Shown here: in pieces, positions 53,401 to 64,000 of the stretch
Numbering within the stretch: position 1 is the stretch's first letter
Layout: every line of letters starts with the position of its first letter
NCBI GenBank assembly: GCA_964016885.1
Contig: OZ024755.1
Coordinates: 19,034,001 to 19,098,000 of the forward strand
DNA from: Eledone cirrhosa
Taxonomy: Eukaryota
DNA: 64,000 nucleotides
Direction of reading: 5' to 3'
Notes under the pieces: generated by a model
Seen by the model: the letters and a program-made list of their open reading frames with translations, nothing else
What the model was told of the DNA's origin: nothing
The model's database searches: none
Position numbers and translations under genes: made by a program

Positions 53401-56400
53401 GAATAGTTCCATGAAAATTTCCATGAACTCGTGATGAAGTGTTGTTAGATTCAACACTGGGAGACTGATCAAGCAGTTCTTCTACATCTTCTCCAATACT
53501 AGATTCAGCTATATTTTCCAATGTGATTGATGTACTAAGATTTTCATATTGACTGTCTGTTTCTGCTTCAATTGTGAACCATAAATTTTGACTTTCATTA
53601 CTATCCAGTGTCACTTCAGCAAGATCTTCTCCAGCATCTACAATAGGACGCACTCCCATAATGTCATCATTTGTAAAACGAGCTGCTTCTTCATCGTAAC
53701 TTCTTTCATCAGTCACAACATAATCTTGTTCTTCAACAATAATCTCATCTTCACCATCTGGACTCCCAGACACTTGTAATGTACTGTCTTCAATTTCTAT
53801 AAGGACACCTTCAGTCTCGCCTTCTGCAGAGTCATTAACCTGCTTACAGGTATCACTTAGTTCATCCACATTGCTTATGTCATTCAGTTGAGAGGCTTCC
53901 TGGTCAAATATTTCCTGAACATCACTAAGGGGTGTGACAGCTCCATCACTGATATCTTTGAAGCTACTACTATCATTACTGCAGGGGCTGAGCATCTGAC
54001 CAGCAAGAAATCCCATTTCAGATGGTAAGAATGGGCCTGTCATCTGCCGAGTTGCATTAGAATCCAGTTGTTGCTGTTGATGGTGTTGTTGTTGTTGTTG
54101 TTCCATAAACAGCGTAGCACTACTCCTTGATAAGTCACCTTTCTCACATATGACATCTGTGTCATAGGTCTGAGTACTTGTCTGAGATGTGTGAAGATCC
54201 CCTAGTTGTAGTTTAGACGACGACTGGATCCCTTGTGGGTCTGCCATTTCCTGAAGGCTGCAGTTGGTAACATCAGCTTTTATTGTTGCTGTTACTGCAA
54301 GTAATGATGTTGATGATGATGTTGTTGTTGTTGTTGTTGTCACATCAACTTCCCCAAAACTTATCTGTTGTTTAAACAAAGCTTCTTCTCCAACATTCAC
54401 TTGTGTTAGTGATGTTGGTCTGTCTCTTTCTCTTTGCAACAACAGTTTGTTGACAGGGCAGTTGGCAGCTTCCTCATCACTTCTCTCAGCTCCCGCGAGT
54501 TCTCCTTCAGTATCAACTTCTCCCCTCAGAACTGTAGTAGTTTTGGTAGCTGTCACATCTTTACTTGTTCTGTCTGTAGTAGAAACTGGGTTACATCCAC
54601 CACCACCACTGTTTTCATTCCTCAAAACATTGTGGTGGGCTATTTGGGGTGGGGTGAACTCTACTACTGGCATCCCATGCCCTGCCACTCTGTAAATGTC
54701 AGCTGACTTAAATACAACCACTGATGCTTTCTCTTCTAACTTTTCACACTCACCCACTGCTTTTTTCTCCCCATCTTCTTCTGCCTGCTTTTCATTTTGT
54801 CCCTCTTCAAATTCAAAGTTAAATACAAATTTACTATCATTAATTCTATGAAGCTGTGGACCAGACTGAGCACTCCTCCCCTCATCTGTTGATAAACTTT
54901 TTAAACTATCCTCAGTTCCACTAGATTGGTGTGGTCGATGATAATGGTGTTGAGGGGGATGATGAGGGTATTGTTGTTGGGGGTGGGGCTGTCCATAGTG
55001 CTTCTGTGGCTGCTGATAACCACAGCTGGAGAAATTACAGTCATAACTAGCTTCATAGTCAAAAGTTTTATCAGAAAAAGCATCAGATTTAATTACAGCA
55101 TGGTCTGATAATTTTAGTTTTACTCTGTTTTCCTCTAACTCTTCTTTTCTCTCTCTTTCTTCTTTTTCCTCTATTTCACTCCACTCATCCTCACTGGTAG
55201 TAGGCTGGTGGTAACTACTGGTAACTTCTCTGCTGCAAGCATGGCCAGCTGACTGTGGGCGCCTGAAGCCAGTGTGTTTTTCAGTGCAGCTGTCACTAGA
55301 AGTGGGCACAAGAGACCCATTATTACACACATAATCCTCGTGCAAACTGATGTCCAGTGCAGAAGCTGAAGAACTTGTCGGACAGCTCTCTGAAGCTTCA
55401 ATATCAGAGAGGTGATTGTGGCTTGAAACACTATCTAAATCACCAACCTGCACGCTAGGCTCGGATATGCTTTCATCGGAAAGGGCCTCGGTTATTATCA
55501 TGTAGTCATCATAAGCAAAATTCTCCGAAATATTTGGTTTTGTTGATGAGCTATCTTTGTCAACTTTGTCTTCATTTTCAGGTGCGTCATCAAATTCCTT
55601 ATAACGTACTTCTGAATTTTCCACCTCGTTAACTGAACGCGTATTCTTAGTTTTATCCAACAATAACCGGTTACTGTCATAGCTTGCTTTTCCCTGAACA
55701 TTTTTACCAGCTGTTTGACTGACCCCTTTATTAGGCTGACCCTCTAACAACTTAGTTTTTTTCATACCAGATGAAATTTTAGAAGCAGTAGGTAAATTAG
55801 AAGTCACTTTATGGTCATTAATACTTCGACCTGTTTTTGCCACAGGTTGTTTCTTTTTAGATAATGGTTCAATAGTTTCATTTGATTTTAATGATGTAGT
55901 TTTTCTACCAATACTTGATACACTTTTTTTTATTTGAGTTTTATCAGTATTAGTGGGTGGTTTGCAGTCCTGACTGCTAGTACTAATTCCCGCTGCTGTT
56001 CTCCTCTCTAAAACTGCAGAGGTGCTACAGCGGACATTGCCTAATTTTTTATTGTCCAGTTTGTCAGCTGCAGTTGCAGCAGTAGGTATTGAACTACTGC
56101 TACCGCCACTAACTCTGCTAGCCTTCAATAAAGAAATACCACCACTGTATTTTTCTTTTTGATGAACCAAGCCTCCATTACTAATGCTTTGAGTTGAAGT
56201 TAATTTTTTATTGTGCGAAATACTTTTTTGTTGAACTGTACTGTCGGAAGAGGGGCGAGATTTAACTGATAAATTTTCACAACTTGCTTGTAATGTATTT
56301 TTTTTCTTTTTTGATAAATTTTCACAACTTTTTCCAAACGAGTTTTGGATTTTGTTTGATAAATTCTCTGAACTAACTGTTTTTAGATTATCTTTATTTT

Positions 56401-59400
56401 GAATTTTGCTACCTATTCTAGTTGTGCGGTTAACTGAAAGATCGGAAGATGAATCAGCAACTTTCTTTTGCCTCAGTGACGACAGACCACTAGTTTTAGT
56501 AACTGTTGTTGTATTAGGTCTACCAGTTGGAGGAACACTGAGTTTATTGGAATTATTTCTTAACGATCCTGTACTCACAGCTCTTTGTAAGTTTTCTGTG
56601 TTAACTCGTGACGTTAGACGTGAATGTGCAGGTGATGTCTTGGATGGGTGTGGAGACATGGTAGAATTACTAGACCGAGAGACAGTCGTGGATGAAGTGG
56701 TACGGCTAAGCATGGACGGTTGTTTTTGTAGTTTAGTTTCTGCTTTAGATACAGCTAAACGAGAACATGAACTTGTAAGAATTTTACTTGTTTTACCAAG
56801 CCCACCTTTAGTGGAACTTGGAAGACAAATAGAAGATTTAACAGATGAAGTGGATAACTGGGAACAAAAGGAAGAATGACTAGCATGGCTGGACTCGGAG
56901 TCTGACCGATGACGGAATTTATCATTTAATTCATTAACTACTTTGACTTCGTCAATAGCTGATTCACTATCAGCTAGTGATTCTTGAGAGAGAACTGTAG
57001 AAATATGTTTATCAATTGAAATTAATTCATTAGAATTTTTGGAACTTATATCACTGCTTGTTTGATGTTTAGCTTTACTTAATGCTGTGTTACGATGAAT
57101 TTTAGAACTGCTAACAGATTTACTACCCACGTTAGTATTTTTCAAATTTGCTATGTTTTTATCACCTTGTTTCTTAACAACATTTGTATCTCCGTTAACA
57201 ACAATAGAAGGTTTTTTACCTGTACATTTAGAAGGAAGCCTACTACTGTCAGCACTTGTGTGTTGGGTGGTTTGTTTGTTAAGTGAGATCTTAGAGGTCT
57301 GGTGGTCAGCCAAAGTAGATTTCCCGCGAGGAAGCTGGCTGGATTTCACAGAAGAATGCTTAGTCACCGAATTCATGTTTGTTTTTTGTTTTTGTTGAAC
57401 AGGTATTTTACACGGAGACGAACTTTTTTTCATTTCAACTCGATTACCGGTGGACACACCACCGTAGTCCGTAGATAGAATAATTTCTCCAGACCCCTCA
57501 CCGGAGATTCTGTCACATTTCCTATACAATGCCGATTTATGAAATCCGTCAGCAGTTTGGTTGTTAATAATTTTGGTAGAATCCATGTTAGTGTCTTCAT
57601 TGAATATTATCCACGTTTCCGAACCCGATTCGATGTCTCTACATACATCAATTGAAGAATGAAGAACATCGTCAGAATTATTATCACACAACACACGCCG
57701 CAGTTGTTCTAACCACTCTGCTTCTCCCTTCACTACTGACTGCTGTGTACTGGGTAATTTGGCAGGTATACTACACCTGTAATTGGTCGGATTGTTAGAA
57801 AACTTCTGTAGTAGATCTTTACATTTGTCAGAGTAGCATTTGTTATGTAGACGACACGAACGGTCGCCGTTTCCGTAAAGAAAATTATTAGTTTGAGGAG
57901 GTAAACACCACAGATGCTCTGTATTGACCGGTTTCGTTTTCAATTCCGATTCCGACAGTGTAAGTTCCACTATTCCAGTGTCTGCAATATCCTTATCTCC
58001 TCCGTCGTCGTCGTAGTCGTCGTCGTCGTCGTCTTCACCGCCGCCACCACTGCTGCAGCTGGTGGTGGTGGTGGTGGTGGTGTTGGATGTACCAACGTAG
58101 TTGGAATAGGTTGGTAAAAATGACCGTATTGCCGTAGAAGTGGGGTGTCCGTGTATTGCTGCTGTTGTTTGCTGTTTCAATAAGACAGAGCTACTACTAC
58201 TACTACTACTACTGCTGGTACTACTACTACTACTACTACTTCTGCTACTGTTGTTGTTGTTACAGTTGCCGCTATATTTCCTATGACTGTCAGCATGGAT
58301 AATAAACAACGGTAGCGAACCATCTTTCAGAACCGTATCGTTACAAACCACCGATATATGATCTGTGTGAACATCTTCTTCCACATCAACCACTGGTGGT
58401 GGTGGTGGTGCTGTTGTTGTTGCTGCTGCTGCTGCTGCCGCATTAGACAGTTCATTTCCTCTACAGCCTAAAGTACAAACAACGTAGTCGGCCGATTCGT
58501 TTGTGCTTACTCGACAGATTTCCTTATCAAAGTCAAAACTCTCACTACTTTCCCGCGATCTTTCTTCACTCTCGCTTACCTTAATGCGAGTGGTCCCTGC
58601 GACCTCACTACTATCAGTAGAATTAGTAGTAGTGGTTGTAGTAGTAGTAGTAGTAGTGGTGGTGGTGATGGTGTTATTGTTGTTACCTTTATAAGTACTG
58701 GGGTTGGTGTAGTAACGTTGATTAGAGGTACAGCAGCCACCGCAGTAACGAGTAGCTTCGATACACGGCGGCCCCTTTGTTGCAGAGGAGTGGCAAAGCA
58801 GCCCAAACTGATTTACTATATTTTCGGTGCCACAGTAATTACAACGACTGCTAACTTGCTGGTTGCAACAAACAGCTTTCGTCGCTTCATTAACACATAA
58901 ATTACTATTATGCTGACGAGAAGACTTACAAGGATTTTCAACGAGAAGAAAATGCGAATCTTTTAACTTTCCTGCAGACGAATTTTTACGATTTTTTTCC
59001 TGGTTTGTCAGAGATGGTGGTTTATCGCTAAATAATCCATTGGGTTGTGCCCGGCCTTCTCGTTGGGCAGTGGTGGTGCTGATAGCTTCTCTATCAAATG
59101 TGTTTTTCCTTTTATCATTAGTTCTAGCTTTATTGAATGTATCCCTGCTTCCACAGTCGCTCCTATTTTGTGTTTTCTTCGCTTCTTTCACGTGTTCGGA
59201 AATAAGTGTAGAGGAGGTGAGAACAACATTGTTAGAAGTAAGGGGAAAACATGAGGGGACCAATATCGTTTGGGCAGCATTTCCTAATGAAGTTACTACG
59301 GCTGGTGCTGGGCTGTAAAAAAAGCTGTTGCTAGAAGGCGAAGATGAAGGAGAAGATATTATCCCGCTATCTTTTCTAACGCATGTTTCTGTGGTTGGGG

Positions 59401-62400
59401 TAGGGTGAATAGGAATCTCAGTAGTGAAAACTATAGATGGAAAGGAAGATAAAAGTGATGTTTGGGGAGATTTTCCCCCTGCTGCTGTTGATAAAGATGA
59501 TAAATGCGATAAAGAAGGAACCAACTTGGTTGGTATCAAGCTTCTCCTCGTAGTAACAACATTTTCGCTGTGTTTATAACTGTTGTTGTTGTTGTTGTTG
59601 TTGTTGTCGATAGATTTTGTGTAAGTAAATCCAGGCAAGGGGTGAAACGATGTCGGGTCGGGCTCCTTTCTTCCCAGTGGTTCACTAACACAGCCAGCTG
59701 ACAACTGACCACTTATGGTGTGGTCAATACCAGGTTGAAAATATATAGTCTGGTCAGTGATGGGACATCGATAATATCCAACACTCTTTCCTTCTTTAGT
59801 CGACGACAGAACATCATGTTGTTCTGCTGCCTGGCTGTATGTAGTAGTAGTAGTGGTAGTAGTAGAGATAGTAGTAGTAGTTTTTGTTGTTGTTGTTGTT
59901 GTTGTTGTTGTCAAAGATGAAAAACTGAACAGATTATTATTGTTATTATTAGTGTCTACAGTTGAGTTGGTATGTATCGGGTGTCGGGTGGCTGGACTAT
60001 CACCTCCACCAATGATGATGTCATAGTTATCACTTTGGCTTTTGTTATCGACTAATTGGTATTTATTACAAATCGAACTACTCCGTCTTTCTACCAAATA
60101 TTGAGAATTATTAATATTATTAGTATTAGTAGTAGTATTAGTAAATTGATAATCGAACTTAGGGTTAGTCGAAGAAGAAGAAGAAGCGATAACATGTGAC
60201 TGTGGATACAAAATTAAATAATTTTTCTCACCTACCTCATTAATAGACTTGGTAGAAAAAGAACCAGCAAGTGTTGTAGTTCCTCGTTGTTTATAATTAG
60301 ATAATGATGACGACGATGCTGATGATGATGCTGATGATGATGAACAATTAAGCCGTGTTGTTGAAATATATTTAGTTCCGTTTCTATATTGTACCTGAGT
60401 GCCAACAATGTGGTGCTCTTTCAGTTCTTTCTCCTCCCTTTCTCCGCCGGGAAGTGCGCTTGTCGCGTGCCAAGTTCCTGGAATGCCTTTCGTAACGTGC
60501 CGATCCCTATACAATGCTAATTCTGTGACATTATTACTATCATCATTATTATTATTATTATCGTCGTCGTCGTCACAGCTGTCTAGCAAGTTGTCGCTGT
60601 ATCCACATGATTGGCAGCCACTAGCCTTCAAACGAGATGTTTTAAATTGATCACAGCAGCAGTTGCTACAGAGAAAATGCTTTGAAATGACGCAATTATT
60701 ATTATTATTGTTGTTAAAATTATCGATGACGATTCTTTTACGGAAATTATTTCCGTAATCTATTCTATTTCTCGAGTTTACCACTCCTGAATGCTGTTCA
60801 ATATTAACTCGGGTGTGGTCGGCAGTCCGTGACGCCCCTTCTTCTAACGGTACACTGTTTACACAACAATCGTTTAGTTTCAAATCAACCGTAACGGTCG
60901 ACTCTGTTCTATCAACTTTATTCACTTGACCGGAAACAGCCCTTGTCTTTGTAAAATATTCTGGTTGTTTACTTTTCCCAAACCCTGATAGGGAATTAAG
61001 TAATGTATGCTGGGGTGATATGTAATGTGTTTTATTAGAAATTTCTTTCTGGCATGTAATAATATCACCAGCAAGTAAGCCTTTCTTTACTGTTTGGTTA
61101 GTAAAACCTGTGGTCTGACATAATAAACCCAACGAGAGTTCATAACTTTGATCTTCTAACCGGTTATTCAAACAATCTTTACTTTGAACTGTTTCCTTTA
61201 TGTCACCGCCGGCTACGTCATTGTATATTTTTGGTTGACACGGATTAGCGACTTTCACATAAGTGTCCAAACTTTCAGTTGATCTCTTGTCTAAATCAAC
61301 TACACGACTTTTGTCATTGTTGCCATAATTTTCCAACAAATTATCTGTGGAAATTTCCGGGTAGTAATTTATTTCCTTGCTTGTGACCAGCAGCCTTGTG
61401 ATGACAACTGATGGTGTTGCTACTGCATTACTAGAGGAGATATCGCTTCCTAATTTTGGATATATTATCGAAGCTGAATGTTTATTGTAGCCAGTAATCT
61501 CTTGGCCAGTTCCAGCCGCTCTGGTGATATATTTAGTAATATCATCATCATCATGCTTGGTATTCTTACAGTGACCATTTCCCTGTCGAGGAAATATGAC
61601 AGTAGTAAAATCTCTCCCTGGTGAAATTGTCGATGTTGTTGTTGTTGCTATTGGCTTGTAAGTAGAAAAATCAGCAGCTGCTATGGGCGAGATAAATTCT
61701 GATACAACATTTAACCCGCTGGTCGATAATTTTTCTTCTTTGTGTGAACATAGCGGCGGAGATGACGGTATAGGGACTTGGTTTAGAAGTTCTGAATGAA
61801 TAATAGTGTTGTGTGAAATATTAATACCTCTATCTATAGGTGATGCTACATTTTCGGAACATTTCTGGTCTTCCAGAGCAAAAATATCAGTCGCCAATTT
61901 TTTATATTTAATGTGTGTTCTTCTATTTTTAGAAAATGTCGCCTTTTTAATTTTAATCATAAACTTGGCCAAGCCTAAACTTTTCCTAAGTTTTGATTTA
62001 ATAATCTTAGTTTTCCCAGCTTTTCTCGAAGAAAGTTTAGTTACAAAGCTAGGTAATTCTATTTCTTGTACCTTTGCTTTCTTATGAGAGCTGGGCGAAT
62101 TTAGAGTGGAAGTCGAAGTACATCTTGTATCGGGATTAAAAACAAATCGATTTGGGTATTTTGGAAATCCATCAAGCATCGATTGTGAATGCTTTTCAAA
62201 AATCAAAGGACTATCAATATTGGTGACCTTCTTTTTAGAATTACAGAAACTTCGAATCTCACAATTTTGTTTTCTTTGTACTTCACTAAAATCTGGATGA
62301 TAATTATCACCGTGTCCGTGACATCCCTTAAAATATTTTACATTGTAACCGGCAGAAGAAGCCTTTAACTGACCATGTTTCAAGCTATTTTGAGAAACTA

Positions 62401-62590
62401 TGTTTAAATCTCGAGAAGAAAGTAACAAAGTTTTATCAGGCGACTTCGTTAATCGGTTAATCGGTTTTCGATCTATCAATTTTAATCCTCTCGTTTCAAC
62501 AAGAGAGTTTTCCTGATCAACGGCTGAATTATTTAAGTCTAATTGATGTTTAGATTGGGAATGGTGGAAAGACTGTAGTATGCTCTTCAT
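50483..62590 (-). CDS. Giant coding exon (~12.1 kb, ~4036 codons) of an unidentified, largely disordered protein; spliced at its 3' end
   Basis: Stop-free 4041-aa ORF in AT-rich DNA. Its simple repeats are trinucleotide (polyN/T/S/D/Q/A/P), whereas the flanks are full of dinucleotide repeats. Donor TATGGG|GTAAGT at 50483/50482 falls after the Gly codon (phase 0), so the last 5 residues (VSNIL) are probably intronic. In-frame TAA at 62633-62635 lies upstream of the ATG. Candidate acceptor tttctcttttatttgcag| at 62677/62676. No folded domain recognised. Confidence 0.9.
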
Positions 62591-63610
62591 AATTACATTT
62601 CTAGAAAGGCTTTCAGCAATTTTCTCTCCAAATTATTTTCCTTGTCATTACATAAGTTCCCGAGAACAAAATATTTCTGCAAATAAAAGAGAAATTTGAC
62701 TGTAAAAAAACCTGAATAAACTTTTCTCCAAAATAGTAACATACTTTCCTACAAGCTATGTCAAGTTGACATATATATATATATACATATATCATAAGTA
62801 AATATATTTATTTATATATGTGTGTGTATGAATGAAATCACTACAAAGTGTGTCAATGTAAAATGATATTTATTGACATTAAAGGCACCAGTTTAGGAGA
62901 GAAAAGAGAAAGAGAAACAGGCTCATTGCATTTATTATTGTTGTCTCAGAACCAGACGAAATACAAAACTGTATTGATAGAAATTTCAAGCTAAAAAAAC
63001 CACAATCAAAAACTTCTATAAGAACTTCTGTAAGGACTTTTCTCTGAAATTTTCTTTGCAACTTATTTTCTTTATTATTATTCCATAAGTTCCCAAGATT
63101 CCTGCCGTATCTAAACATTAGATGTGACCGTGTTCTAACATAATGGTTTCATAATAAAGATATTATTTAAAATAAACCCAATTAAACGCATAAATACAAG
63201 TAATAAAACAAAACAGGGAGTCTGTAACGGTTTTGATTCTCACGAAAAAGCATAAATGTCACATCTCATCTGACATAGATAGTTTGGTATCCCCCGCCAC
63301 CCTGTCTTTGTTTCCTCATTATTTTTTAAACAATGTGTATTTTTTTAATGACATCTTTTTTCCAAAATTGTTTTCAAATGTATATATTAAGATTATGTTG
63401 GTGAAATAAAAAAAAAAGTTTTTCTTTAGTTTTAAATTGTAATATGTGATTTGGCAGCCATCTTTAACAGATCGAGCAACTGAGTAGAGGGAGACTCCTG
63501 GTGTGTGTTTGTGTGTTTGTTTTCAAAGTAATGTGCTATGAATTTATTGAAAGAAGCGTAGAAAGAAAGAATGAATGAAGAATAAATATCTAAAAATCAA
63601 TCAGTCTATT

Positions 63611-63920
63611 GCATGTGGTTAGGGAATTCGGCTTACGATCGTAAGGTCATGAGTTCGATTCTCGGCGGCGTGCTATGTCCTTGAACAAGACACTTTATTT
63701 CACGTTGCTCCACTTCACTCGACTGGCAAAAATGAGTTGTACCTGTAATTCGAAGAGCCAGCCTTGTCACATTCTGTGTCACGCCGAATCTCCCTGAGAA
63801 CTCTGTTAAGGGTACGCGTGTTTGTGGAATGCTCAGCCACTTGCACGTTAATTTCACGAACAGGCCGTTCCGTTGATCGGATCAACTGGAACACTCGTCG
63901 TCGTAACCGACGGAGTGCCC
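63611..63920 (+). mobile_element. tRNA-head / CORE-like SINE with a third tail type
   Basis: Head similar to 48541. The tail matches diverged copies at about 40375-40700(+) and 35935-36070(-). Confidence 0.8.
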
Positions 63921-64000
63921 TCCAGTTTTCTCTAGGATGAAAAGAACAACAGTGAAATAGTTTGACATAAAACTACAATTTGTATCCCACCCCACCACGA

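Noticed and set aside
50974-62300. Plus-strand and alternative-frame ORFs overlapping the giant exon
   Set aside because: Short shadow frames of a real coding sequence.

Overview
AT-rich, microsatellite-dense eukaryotic DNA. The SINE and RTE repertoire looks like an octopus or other coleoid cephalopod genome (inferred from recognising the repeats, not from a search). The only convincing host coding sequence is a ~12.1 kb uninterrupted minus-strand exon (ATG at 62590, ~4036 codons, low-complexity protein of unknown identity) ending at a consensus GG|GTAAGT donor at 50483/50482. Positions 1-50482 are therefore probably intronic, with two candidate in-phase small exons (12 nt and 42 nt). This interval holds an internally deleted RTE LINE, several modular tRNA-derived SINE families, TTAA-, TA- and hAT-type MITEs, a 2.6 kb 27-bp minisatellite that expanded inside a SINE, and long microsatellites. 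The least obvious signal is a set of type I hammerhead ribozyme folds from about four sequence families (12.8, 13.9/14.1, 26.7 and 27.0/34.3 kb, plus a doubtful one at 49.9 kb). Several lie in long inverted repeats, the arrangement known from Penelope-like elements and retrozymes. Nearly all other listed ORFs are microsatellite or antisense artefacts.
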